Below are positions 24,910 to 37,236 of a stretch of 64,000 nucleotides of DNA, one piece after another. Source of the DNA: Zygnema circumcarinatum SAG 698-1b (Eukaryota; Plantae; Zygnematophyceae). The position numbers were made by a program, and so were the translations under genes. The DNA is taken from positions 806,001-870,000 of the forward strand of contig CM074808.1 of the NCBI GenBank assembly GCA_037447605.1. The letters are read 5' to 3'. A model generated the notes under the pieces. The model had not been told where the DNA came from. It ran no database searches and worked only from the letters and a program-made list of their open reading frames with translations. Positions within the stretch are counted from its first letter, which is position 1. The number at the start of each line of letters is the position of its first letter.

Positions 24910-25362
24910 AACCCTCTTTTGAGGGTTCTTTAGCTGGGTATGTACGGGACTCCATTGAAGGTACTTTTGTCCAGATTGGACCGATCACATCGTGCCATTG
25001 AGGAGATGTGCAAACCCTGATTGGATTCAGCTTAAGAGGGTACCTTCGACAGCGACCACACCAGCAAATACACACATTCACGCCAGACACTTAAGCTTCT
25101 TACGCCTCGCCAGTTTAAGTGAGAATTTTACTCACAGAGTCACAGCCCTGCTTTCGCTTTGGCAGAGATATACCTCACTCAGGACAGGAAGCACGAGTCA
25201 AGCTAGGAGCTAACCATATCAACTTACAAACACTAAGGTAATTTGAAGTTCTCCCCAAGCAAGCAAAGCCAGTAATACATTCGCTTCACGCCATGCCCCG
25301 TTCAGCAACATAACTTGGTAAAAATACTTGCATCAGCGACATTATCATGTACACACACTCAC

Positions 25363-27259
25363 CCGGAGCTCCATGGACAAACTAAAGAAATATGCTCATT
25401 CATCCACATGCATCGTGAAACCGTCCAGTTGCATTATCTGCATCAAATGCACAATCGCTGACACCATTTGCACATACGCAGGCACTTATCCCATCATATG
25501 CTCAAAAAATGTATCGCTATCATTAACTAACACGTTTACTCTCCACAACCACTCGTATCAAGCAGACCACTTCAGAAAGTAAACGACTCTCATCGTTATC
25601 AGCGCGATCACATACACCAAGAGAATCATTAACAAAATCAATAAGCTCACGTTCACCAGAATCCTTCAAGCCGTCTACACAGTACTCGGATCAACAGAAT
25701 ACTGCACATTCAACTGCATCAATAGCCCCACTTGCACAGCCAGTTGAGTGATAGGCCGCAATCACATAATGTGGGCAGCCGCACCATCCGCATCGTACAA
25801 GTTACCATCAGAAGTGCCTTTACTGCCTCTGGCTGTTCGGATACACATTTTTAGTTCACGTATTTGATTTCCATTTGATTCTTGATGCAAGTTGTCTATA
25901 AGGAACACAGTAGGTGGAAGTGAAACTCGTAAGCTTGTCTGTTCTCTCCAGATGGAATCTGTGCAATTAAATTAAGTTTTGTCTTGTTGTGCGGTGATGC
26001 AAGTGGTACGAAAGATTGTGCATGAGCGTTGCAAGTTCAACCCTGCTTGAGAATCCAACTTTTCGAATCAATACTACTGTAGTTAGCAAACTACTGCATC
26101 TTGGCGGCAGCGGTTACGACTTGTCAAACTGCAGAACAGGCGTCTCACCCGTCCCCAGAAGGGCACTTGTTCCTACGACCGAGCAACACGCATTCATCTT
26201 CAATAAACAAAGGACCAAAAAAGCCATAAGAAGACGCGCCAGAAAAAGCGTCCTGCGCTGCCGGCCGGGTGGCCCGGCACCAACCTCGAACCTACCCCTC
26301 GACCAAGCCCTGCCTGCCGTTCGGCAAGCAGTCTCATGAGAAGTCAGCGGCTCCATAACTGCTCAACGGCCCACTACCATGGCGGCTGCCGCTTTCAAGC
26401 CATGTGCTTGTCCTGCATCAGGCACCGCCATGATGGAGTTCAGGACAACGCCACCTGCATTCCCAATGCCATGTTGGCGTAGTGGCGTTGACTTTCAAGG
26501 GTTTTCCGGAGGGTTCAGGGCCCTCCCTCCGCTCTGCAGGGCCCGCAGTTCAGGGCGCATTTGTCGTTTGTGAGCCTGCAGAGAGGGGCGAGGTGCAACG
26601 TGGGTCGCCGTTGAAGGTTCCACTTTGAGAGAAAGCCAATCATGGTATGCCACGTCTTCAATCTGTTGACATGGGAGGCTGGGATTGGCTCAGTCCGTGG
26701 ACCGAAATTGTGACCGTGTGTGTGTCCGTGTCCGTGTCCGTGTCCGTGGTCGTGTGTCTTGGTAGGACGCGGCGGCGGCGCTACAGTGCCTCCTTTGGAG
26801 GGCGAGTCCAAGCGTCAGAGAGGGGAGGGTTCTGGCTATAGATCCGTATTATACACTTTGAGGTTTAATACAATGTATAATACAGTATTAATACAGTATT
26901 TTACATTGTATAAAACCCGAACGCAACTGTTAACATCCGTACAACCAGACATAGAGTCGTACGGAATTTCTGTACGAAAACTGTGTACGGAACTATACGG
27001 CCACACGGGTCACACGTGTGGCCCGTCACACGTGTTGAGTTGTTGGTTGGCCAATAATCAATCTCTGTTCAATTAGCGAGAAATCAAAAGAAAATACGTT
27101 AAATACATATAAAATACACTGTATTTTTAAAATGGTGTATAATACGCATGTATTATACAGTGTATTAATACACGCGTTTGATACATACGGATCTATAGTT
27201 CTGGCCCAGTTGGCAACTGGCGGGCGGTTCGCATTCGCGGGAAACAAAAATACAAACAT
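25363..27259 (-). pseudogene. Probable decayed multi-exon gene for a single-TM protein, interrupted by a hAT MITE and several nonsense codons
   Basis: Removing the MITE plus one TSD gives one frame from ATG 27259 to a GTGAG donor at 26149 (742 nt, phase 1). This joins in phase to exons 25832-25651 and 25437-25363. The frame has a hydrophobic segment (TLFLARLLMAFLVLCLL) and 7 stops (6 TGA, 1 TAG). Weaker downstream exons may extend to ~24900. No family recognised. Confidence 0.45.
26837..27197. mobile_element. hAT-type MITE copy 1 (361 bp)
   Basis: TIRs TATAGATCCGTAT...ATACGGATCTATA; 8-bp TSD GTTCTGGC at 26829-26836 and 27198-27205. Confidence 0.92.
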
Positions 27260-27434
27260 GGTCCCCAGGAAGCTGTGGTGTAGGCGTGTAGGCGGAGGCA
27301 GTTTGTGGTAATTTTTTTGGTTGCGAGCTGCCTGATCGCGGTCAGCACCAGGGAAGTTCAAAATAAAATAAAATCGGGAAATGTACTAAGCGGTAAAATC
27401 TGTATCATCGGCGTCATCGCTGCAACAGCTGAAG

Positions 27435-29440
27435 TCATGTACGGTACCGTACCGTATCGTACCTTAAACTAAGGTGTCGCATCATATCGTATCTTAACGT
27501 ACGGTTTTGTACGGGGAATGAACGGCTTACATTGCAGGAATGGCAAGAAGTCGAGTGCAGACTCGGTCCACACGGGTTTCCTGCCCAACCGTGAAAAAAA
27601 AATGTTTTAAGCACCAATCAGGAGTCGCTATGCAGCTTGAAATTAGGTTGCAGAACTTTTTCCTTGGCCGGAGGACGGGCGGACATCTTGTCGTTTGCGG
27701 CCGCTGGACTTACCGCCGCGTCGCCGGCATATCGGTAGTGACCGGTGAATTATTAGCCCCTGTCGGCCAATTTCTGCGCCAACCCTCGTACCTTTTCACT
27801 CTCGACGGTGGCAAGTTTCGCCGGTTAAATACGATACGTCTACGATATGACGATATATCGAAGAAACGACAAGTCGCAGTCCGGTCCTTCCGGGCCAAAC
27901 ATATACCGTACAGGAAACGGGACCGCCAGTTGGCCGGCTGGCTGGCCACATGGCGACAGTTATTTGAACCTTCATTAGCCTGGGTTTGGAGGTTTAGCGT
28001 TTCCCGTCCGTCCACCGGACGGTCGGATCGAACGGTTCTCGACACTTTCCGTACAGCGATCTTCAGGACCGAGTTCGAGCTACCGTACGGCACTCACTGA
28101 ACCGTTCGAACAAGGTCATAAAATTCTGTATTATTTTTGTACCAGAGTTTTTTTGGTTGAATATTTTTTCTTTTTAAAATGTTTAGCATCCGCCACATAC
28201 ACTTTGTATGGCGGCCAGTCATTGGCTTTCCAGTCATTTCCTTTTTTTTTTTTTTTTTTTTTATAGAGCCATCCCCTGAACGCGCGCGCTCACGGAAATC
28301 GACGGTCCAGATGCGCCGCTCAGTGGACTCGCCAGGTGTCCTCTCTGTACGGCCGAGAATCCGTACAATAATGTCAGTGCGCGATGAACCAGGGAGCCGA
28401 CACGTGGTACAGTACCATTACTAGCGCCGCTACGCGACGGTAACGTACGGCACAGTATAGCCGTACACGTTGTTCTTTAGCGGTTTTGGCTCGGAGTGTC
28501 GAACGCGTTGCAAAGTGGAGACCTCGCACTAGAATATGCTCGTGTCAGCCGTACTTGGCGGTTTGATGACGTCACTGGCGAGGCCATTTTTGGTTTTTTT
28601 TCCAGTTTTCGGTTTGCTGGTCCGCGCCAACTCGAGGCGACTGTGCGAAATTAAATATTGTCCGTACAGTACAAGACATGGAGGACCGTCAAATGTTTTT
28701 TTGGCGGAAGCCATTGCCCGTATTAAACGTTTTTCCCTGCCCGCATTCATTCACTACCCTACAACTCGATCATGTCATTCTCTGTTTTTCTTTCCGTCAA
28801 CCGTCTGCTTCTCCAACAACCGCCTATCAAAAACATTTTGAAACTGTCCTCTCCTCATGCAAAACTTTTCCCTTCCTTTCCGAGCTGCCCGAAAAAACCC
28901 TAAAAACATCCCTGCCAGCGTTCGTACAAACCGAGTCGGCGCATTCCGCCGGCAACCGGCCGCCGACGACGGCACAAAAATTCAAAATTCCCAGACTCTG
29001 AAATCCGACGAACCCGCCCTCCAATTTCCCGTGACTTCCTCCGCCAATCCGGGCCCTCTCTCGCACGTGCCTCTCGCCCGTGCCGCCCGTCGCCTCACTC
29101 CCATTTATGAACCAACGACCGCCAATTCTGTCGCCACGTCCCGCCCCGTCAGCGTCGAAAAATCGAGACCGGCCCCAGCCGGCCAGTTTAATGCCGCTCC
29201 CCCGCCGGCCGGCAGCTTCCTGCCGGCCACATCTGCCGACAAGCCGCCGTACATTCCCGTAGCCCACCGTACCGTACCGCCCGCCTTGTCAGATCCCGTA
29301 ACTTCCAGAGGCGCCACAGGCGCTCCGGGCGGCCACGTTCCGGCTGTAGCGTTTTCTCTCCGCCTCCGGACGCGCGCGCCGTCGCGCTACAGCTGCCCGC
29401 CGCTCACCACGTATCTTTCATTCGTACAATAACCGTACAT
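27435..29440. promoter_or_regulatory. Dense cluster of CGTAC/GTACG (SBP-box-type) motifs upstream of the STIG1-like gene
   Basis: About 20 CGTAC/GTACG sites counted by eye in ~2 kb (about 4 expected at uniform base composition), mostly as CCGTAC. Function is inferred. Confidence 0.5.
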
Positions 29441-29973
29441 TCAGTTGTCGGTTAGCGAGGGCGCACCGGCGCGCGGACCGCACTTCATGCGGCGCCGGTC
29501 CCGGGCCCACTCACAAGCCGGGGACGGCGGCTGGTGGGGCCCACTGAGCAGATGTCGGTGCGCGTGTCGGTGGCGACTGCCGGCCTGCCTGCGATCTCCC
29601 ACTTTCGGTGCGTCGAAGTGCCTCCGCCTGACAGTGCCAAACGCGTCTCCGCCGTCCGATCCCAATCCGACGGCGAGGGCGCGCCCTCGCCCGGCGGTCC
29701 CAGCCAATGGGAGGCGGCCGTTGCCCCCCGGAGTGGGGCCGCCGAATGCGGGAGGCCTCGCAGCGCGGGCCACGGCCGCTACTTAGCGCAGGGCGCGGGG
29801 GAAGGCAGGGAGATCGGGACTGCAGGACGCCTGCAGCGGGCAGAGGAGGGAGAGGGAGAGGGAGGGGGAAGGGAAAGGGGAAGGGGAAGGGGAAGGGGAG
29901 GATATAGGAACTAAGGGGAGGAAGGGGAACAGGTGACCAGGAGAAGGTCAGGCCTTGAAGGCCTTCAGCAGCC

Positions 29974-31819
29974 ATGGCGCAAGTGCAGTCGCTTCTAGTG
30001 GCTGCAGTTGCTGTAGTATTAGTTAGTGTGCTTCCCTCGCTGCTTAACCCTGTAGAAGGCAAGTTCGGTCTCTCTGTTGCATCGCCAGATCTGTTCTCTA
30101 GAGGTTCCGACTCCTCCGCTGTTGGCGAATCCCTCCTTCAGCCGCACTCCCTCCTCGCTAAATTGGTCTCTAGCGACCCCTGCGCCAGCGGCTCCTCTGT
30201 GGACGCCAACGGGCACCCCTGCAGCGTGCAGGCCGTCTCCATCCCCAAGCTTGGCGGCACTGTGCGCGCCGACAACGTGGTGTACCGCGTGGTAGGAAAG
30301 CATCCCCCTGGAGTTGGCCATCATCGCAAGCGAGTCCCGGCCCCCAACTCCCCTCCCCCGCCTCAGGTCTTCGCTCCTCCCGCTCCAAAAAACCGAACTA
30401 TTGGCGGACACCATGCCCCCGGCGTTGGCCATCGCCCGCCCGGCTTTGGAAAGCATCCTCCTGTTGCGGTCACTCCTGGAAGTGGAAACAAGGGGGGCCA
30501 TCACCCTCCAGGAGTAGGGAAGCATCCTCCTGGAGAAGGGCACCACGCTCCCGGTGTGGGGAAGCGCTGCCACAAAGATCCAGCTCGCTGTTTCAAAGTG
30601 GCGTTCAATCCTACCCTTCTCTACGATCCGGGCGCGACCACTTGCTGCCAGTAAGTTCAATGAATTCTCACAGATCTGAGTCTATGTGCTTGAATAACGC
30701 TTGAAAGTCGCCTCTTGAGCTGTTTTTTCCTTCATTTGGTGGGATCCTGACGCTCTCTTTGTTGTTTGCAGTAAGCGGTGCGTGAACCTTGAGACGGAGA
30801 GGAAACATTGTGGTCAGTGCTTCCTCGAATGCCGCAAGGGAGTCCCTTGCAATTCCGGGAAGTGTAGCGATTCACCCCCGACTCCTCCCAGCGAGCCTCC
30901 TACTCCTATTCCGTCCCCTCCTGTGAAGTCTCCTCCTCCCAGCAAGACTCCTCCTACTCCCGTTCCCTCCCCTCCTGCCAAGTCTCCTCCCCCCAGCAAG
31001 ACTCCTCCTTCTCCCACTCCCTCCCCTCCTGCCAAGTCTCCTCCTCCCAGCAAGACTCCCCCCGCTCCCACTCCGTCTCCTCCTGTGAAGCCAAGCCCCC
31101 CTGGTGGAAGACACCCTCCCGGTGTTGGCAAGCGTTGTAACAAGGATCCAAGACGCTGCCTCAGCGTGTCGTACAACCCTCAACTTCTCTACGATCCCGG
31201 AGCTACCACCTGTTGCAGGTGGGTTTCCTCTCCCGCGTTCTGCCGCTTTTTTCCCTTCTGTTTTCCATCGTGCATTGTGCATTGTGCCAGTTATGTGGAG
31301 ATCTGACATGTTTTTTGTTCCCTTTTGCAGTAAGACTTGCGTGAACCTGCAGACCAATAGGAAGCACTGCGGGAGTTGTTTCAACAACTGCCGGAGCGGG
31401 ACGTGTACCGACGGAGTTTGTATACCCAAGTTCCGCCATCCTCCCGGTGTGGGCAAGCATCCTCCCGGAGTGGGCAAGCGGTGCCACGTGGATCCCAAGC
31501 GCTGTTTGAGTGTGGCATACAACCCCACTCTCCTCTACGATCCGGGAGCCACCACTTGCTGCCAGTGAGTCCCTCATTCCCTTTGGCCACTTACATTTGT
31601 GATTGCTGCTGATTGTCTTTGTGATTCAGTGATTGTTTGTTTGGTGTACTTGAGGGACTGACAGTGTTTCAATGATCATATCTGACCGTCTTTTGTTCAT
31701 TTTCTTGCAGCAAGCGATGCACCAACCTGCAGACGGACAGGAAGCACTGCGGGACTTGCTTCAATGAGTGCAGGAAAGGGGATCAATGCGTTGGTGGCCA
31801 GTGCCAAGTCTACCCTTAA
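29974..31819 (+). CDS. Secreted STIG1-domain x3 / extensin-like chimeric protein with His-Pro-Gly repeats; exons 29974-30650, 30772-31218, 31331-31564, 31711-31819
   Basis: It has an N-terminal signal peptide (MAQVQSLLVAAVAVVLVSVLPSLL). Three CxxDPxRC...GATTCCxKxCxNLxTxRKHCGxCFxxCRxGxxCxxGxC modules resemble STIG1. There is an SPPP-rich linker and ~10 HPPGVG-type units. All introns are GT-AG, phase 2. Confidence 0.85.
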
Positions 31820-33199
31820 CTGCGCTCCTTCCCTCCACCCAGCCGGACCGAATCCTCTCGTAAATAAGGGAAATAATCTGGCCAAGAGCCAGTCAGTCAT
31901 GCCATGCGCTCCATGCCATGATCTCACATGTCGATGATGATCATCACATCACCGCCGAGCCACCGTCGACCCCTCCCGCTTACATCTCAACCAATTGAGG
32001 ACGGATGGATGTATGGATGGACGGAGCTATCCATGGAGGACCGTCTTCTTCGCCGACTGCTGATTCTGCTGAATGGCGAGCAGCCTGCATGTCCCCTGCG
32101 AGAACAGCACCTCCAAATGGAGGTCATGTTGATGTGAATGATGTTCTCGCAGACTGCAGGACAAATAATGTCTCCGATGCACCACCATAAGGCTTTTTAG
32201 CCAGTAGATCCGACATTAATAAGTTTTTTTTTTGGATCTACGGTCATCAGTTGAGACGCTTTAAATCATGTTCAGAGCTCTCTGTCAGTTTGGCGGAAGG
32301 CAGGTCTCTTTCAAGTCCATACCTCTCGTCAGTGTTCTCCCGAATGAATGTAGCGATAGCTTTTTTGTGAAGTAGAGAGGCTCTGTAAGATTTCTGTTGA
32401 TAAAGAGATTTGTTCCAGTTTTTTTAGGGATCTCAAAATAACAAAAGTAGCAGCATCAGTTCGACGGACTGCTCTCTCCGTCTGCTGTAGCGCCTACGCA
32501 TTTGTGTTAAAATCGACATTTTTATGCCACCTATTCGCTGGTGGCTTCGCCATCCCATCAATCTCAGATGTTCCTGCTCGTAATCTGTCTTTTTTAATCT
32601 TATTTGCTGCATAATGTTGGTCTGTTCGTCCTGTAGCTCCTTGTTTCAAGTATTCAACTTGTATCCTTCCGTGCCATTCCTTCCTGCTTGTTGAATTTTG
32701 CTTTGCCGTTGGAGGAGCTTATATCACTTATCAGCCAGAACTAACTCACTCGCCTTCCATCTCCTGCAAATACGAACATTTCAAACGACGATGATAGCAT
32801 GATGGCTGCTTGCATTGGTCAAAAACTTAAGCATTGCTGACTTTATCAAGGTTTCCTCAGATTTGAAGTTCTGAAGTGCAGCGGACCATCCTCATGTCAT
32901 GACTTAACACCCTCCCTGAATGTCATGTACATCGCGATGAAATTAATCCCGAAATCAAGATCCAACGGACTCTTCAACTGAGGGTGCCCATGGAACGGTC
33001 TCCGCGCGGCGATAAGCCTCCGCTCCTCCCGTGGCCGCCTTCGGTCGGCGCTTTTCCGCCGGCCCGTCCCGGCCGTCGATTCGGCGGCTCAAGAACCCCA
33101 TTGGACGGCTGCGGACCGCCCGGCGCGTCGACGTCTGTCGTTTTCTGCGGTTGGCAGCGCTGGCGCACTCCCGCTACGCGCCAAACGGGCCAGCGGTCA

Positions 33200-33388
33200 T
33201 CCGTACGGTAAGGTAATGCCCGTTACGTACTGTACGGTGATGGGCCCTGTGGATAACCGTACAATCTTGTACGGAGATTCGTAGACCGTACCAGTTACCG
33301 TACGGTATCTGCTGGCAAGGGGGTTGACCGACCGACCGACAGAGGGTTGACCTCACGATGGCGACGGCATCCGATGATGCACATGGAC
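33200..33388. repeat. Second CGTAC cluster (~7 sites in 110 bp) followed by short copy G of the unclassified repeat
   Basis: CCGTACGG, CGTACTGTACGG, CCGTACAA, TGTACGG, CCGTACC, CCGTACGG; then TTGACCTCACGATGGCGACGGCATCCGATGATGCACATGGAC (33347-33388). Confidence 0.6.
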
Positions 33389-34059
33389 CTAAAATCCTAA
33401 ACCCTAAAAGTATACAGCTTAATTCCTAAATCCCTAAACATCGAAGGAAAAATGGGCACATGAAAAATTTGTGGATGGACGAACTGTATTGTACAGATGG
33501 ATGTGAACCGGACAGGGAGGGTTGGTTTCGCAGGGAAGGAAATGGATAAAGAAACAAAAGAACATGCATGTGTTGTGAATTGCTCAATTACTTAGTGAAT
33601 TGCTTGGGTTAGAGGGTTGGTCGTCAACGATAGAATCCAAATGAATCCAATCGACCATTCATTGTTTGATCGTGTGCAGTCCCAGTGCTGCACTATCGAC
33701 AAGGACTGTTGACAGCTGAGGCTGCCACCATCTAACCCTAAGAACGCAAAAGCCATACCGAAAAGAAGAAAAGCACTCCTTTTCGCAATGTAGAGATATG
33801 TACCAACATGCCAAGTTTTGGGGGTGAATGCAAAGCACGCCATGGACCATACGCTCCTTAAAATTGAAGTGAACCATTCCTCCCCCTCCCTCCCCCCCTT
33901 CCCCCCCCCCCTCCCCTTCCACCCTCTTCAATTCCAAAGAAGTGATGACATGACGCAGAACACAATTCAGAGACAACGAGGTCTCTGCCTCCATCAAAAG
34001 AAAAACTTTATTGACAACGCAGACATCCGCTTGCGGCACGCACACATCTACTCTCTCGG

Positions 34060-36705
34060 CTACACTTTTATGTGGAAGTAATCGTTGTCAAAATGGTGAA
34101 GTCGCACATATCCATCCTCGCCCCCACTCGCAAAGCTGAACAACAACAACCAACAAACGAGTTGAGGATGAGTTGGCAAGTCAATGCGATGTGGCATACG
34201 GCCTCTGCAAATTTCTTCGGTCTTGACCTGCATAGCTTGCGTTTTGGTGTTACGCTCATTGAGACCTGACAGCCGGCCCAAATGCTGTCTGCTAAAGGGC
34301 ATGCCCTCTCAGTTCACAACAAAAATTTCGTCTTTAAGGGCACAACAAGCGTGGCTGGTAGTGATTAGTAAGAAGCGAAAGCTCACCTTCTACCATCTGG
34401 ACTAAAGGCGAGTGCATTGATAGGTCCAAAATGTCCTTTAACTCCACCAATCTCCTCCTCAAAAATCTGCTCCCTCTCAACCAGCAGGGCTGCTAAGACC
34501 ACCACTGTCTAGCATACTGACAAGCATGTGGGACCTGCAAAAACTCATCATCCTCGCCACCAGCCATGGCCAGGGAGGACCCCTTCAGCCAGCTCCAGTC
34601 CTGCTGTTTCACTTCCTCATTTAGAGTAATGTGCTGCAACTGCTGCATAATCTGGCAGTATAAAAACTACAATAAACAACGAGCAATCTTCTGCATCCCC
34701 GGCCCCAACCTTGATGATGAGGGAGATGGGAGTTCGAAATGCACCTTATGGAAGAACTTCGCCTCAAACTTGCCAGCACGTGACGATGTTGTCGTCACAT
34801 CGGCAGCATCCTGTCCTCCTCCAATCACCACCTGCCCCAAGGATACAATTCCTTTGCAGTATTAATACTGCCACCTTCCTCAAACCTTCATGATCCAATC
34901 TTCGCAGTAAACAATACCATTCAAATATTGTAAACCCCTTTTAATAAAGAAGCTAGTTCAAGCCAATGGTCGGGACTCACATGATCAAGCAGAGGAGAAA
35001 TGGCAGCAGCGTTGATGGGCCTCTCCGTCTGATACGTTTTTAAGTGATTTAAGGTCCGAATGTCCCAAAGCTGCATGGACAAATTTTCATTAGTGAATAA
35101 ATGCCACATCAGTCGACCACGCTCCATCATGAAAAGTTACCAAGAGGCAGACAATCAATATTCACCAACTTCAGACAAAGAAACTTCCCTAGCAACCATA
35201 AGTCTCATGCTTAAAGTGTGTAGTATAATACAGGCACAAGCTACTTTCAAAGCATTAATAGACATCAGAACCGAGTTCTTGAACTTGCGTATAGCGGTCA
35301 CCTTAGATGTCTTGTCAGAAGAGCCTGTAATGAAATGCGAGCCATCAGCTGATTTCTGGAGATCTGTGACGGTTTTCTTGTGAGACACGTCAGGCTCCGT
35401 CTCTCTAAGCAACTTCCCAGTCTACATCCAAACCAAAAAGTTAATCAGGATTAACAAAACTTGAGAATTCATGCCGTCCTCACACTTGTTCAACAGAGCG
35501 ATCGCACGTCTAAGGTGGTCCAAAGACATCAAGTCCGTTCCACAAGTGAGCCCAATTGGCAGCCAGCAGAATATGAGCCATAACAAATGCTGCAGAGTTC
35601 TAGTGTTGGTCTCTCATGCTCTTATGCTGGCACCGTACAGCCTTCCAAAAAGTCGACCATGGCTGCAAGTTACCTCAACATCCCACTGTCTGATGATGCA
35701 GTCCTCCCCCCCGGCAACAATCGTTTCGTTTAGAGGACCCCAGACAGCACAATTAATACGCCCGGAAGGACCTTCAATTTTCATCTTCAATTCGTTCGAT
35801 TCTGCACGCCGAGCAAAACAAACACCTCAGTGTTGTAGTTGGATTACTCTGCAAGCAAACAGGCTTCAAGTGCTCAAGCTGCCAAAAAAAAAAACTAGCA
35901 GTGGATACAATAAGAATTTCTTACGTTCATCTGAGTTCATGTCGATGTTCACAACGGCGATTGCAGCAGGACTACCCATAAAAGGATCGACAGACACGAG
36001 GGCCATCTTTTCCCCTTCAGAAAATGCCACCGATCGTGCAGGCCCAAAAAATTCGAATGTGAAAAGCCTCTTTCCAGTCTCTAGGTCCCACAACATGGCG
36101 GTTGTGTCGGCAGAGCCGGTGAACAAGCGGGTTGAATCCCCTGCAACGAGCGTTAAGGTTTCCTTCAGTTCCATAGTCCAAAAAATAGCATAAGCCTCAG
36201 ACCCACACTATGGATCCCCTCGACCTTTGACGTCTTTGGTACTTGCGAATTGTGATTAAAGAATCCAACTTACCCTACATGGAAGAATAAAAATGGTAAC
36301 TTATGCTTCAGCCTGTGTTTCACAACCTCGAGAAAGAAATGCAGCCAGCACGAAAAAATCTTCAAGAATAGTGGCAGAAAAAAAAGACAGAGCGAGAGAG
36401 GCGAGGAGGAGAGGAGATACAGGAGGAAATTCGAGAAGAGAGATGGCGAGGGAGGCAGAGTCGGAGGAACGCGAGGGGGATAGACAGACAGAAAGGGAGG
36501 GAAGAGAGAGATGGGCCTCACTTGATACATCACAGGACCACACGGCTCCATTGTGCCCCTTGTAACTCCCCAGCCGCTCCCCGTTGTGAGCATACCACAC
36601 GTTGGGATTGTGATCCTTAGCGCAAGAAAACAGCAAGTCTCCTTCTCTGTTATATTTCAAGAAGGTCAGAGGACGTTCGTGGCCCTTCAGCAGATATGGC
36701 CTCAT
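34060..36705 (-). CDS. eIF3i: Eukaryotic translation initiation factor 3 subunit I (WD40; TRIP-1/TIF34), multi-exon
   Basis: [31 protein letters not shown]...[66 protein letters not shown] and [16 protein letters not shown] are diagnostic. Confidence 0.96.
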
Positions 36706-37236
36706 TGGACCCTCCTTTCACTTCAGAAAATGAGCAATTCTCTTCAGCCTAAACCTTAAAGCCGCCAAACCTGACGAAAAGTCGCCGTCTTTTTAGCCTC
36801 CTTCCACCGAGACAAAGAACACAAGTCTCCTTCTTGCTGCTTTACTCTAAGACTCCACGCAAAGAGAAACAGAGAGGGAGAAATGCGCAGAGCCCTCAAA
36901 ATTTTCGCTGCGCCGAAAGTGCAGGCCGAACCCTCCACAGTGCGCTCTGGCACGTTTTTAGGGTTGTGGCCACTCAAAAGGGTAAAAACCCGCACCATTC
37001 TTCCGTCCACAGCGTCCGCCGGAGGGTGTACCTGCGTCCTCCGTTACACAGTACCGCCATCCGTCAGATACTATACCGCGGTTTACGAAAGGGCTACTTT
37101 TGTAACTCGAGTGCCTCCAGGGAGCAGGAGAGCCCTCTGCCATATTCATAGGCCTACGTAGAAGGGAAAAGGAGGATATATTTGGGTACAGGAGCGAGCA
37201 TCAGACTGCATCAGCGCTATCTTTGCAGTATTCAAC

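Noticed and set aside
26515-26811. His-Gly repeat ORF (HGHGHGHG) suggesting a metal-binding or selenoprotein-P-like gene
   Set aside because: It derives from a (GGACAC)n microsatellite, lacks an ATG, and the better-supported frame is different and includes a TAG, so Sec recoding is unlikely.
27540-29432. GC-rich ORFs of 150-190 aa upstream of the STIG1-like gene
   Set aside because: No domain features or splice support; expected by chance in GC-rich promoter DNA.
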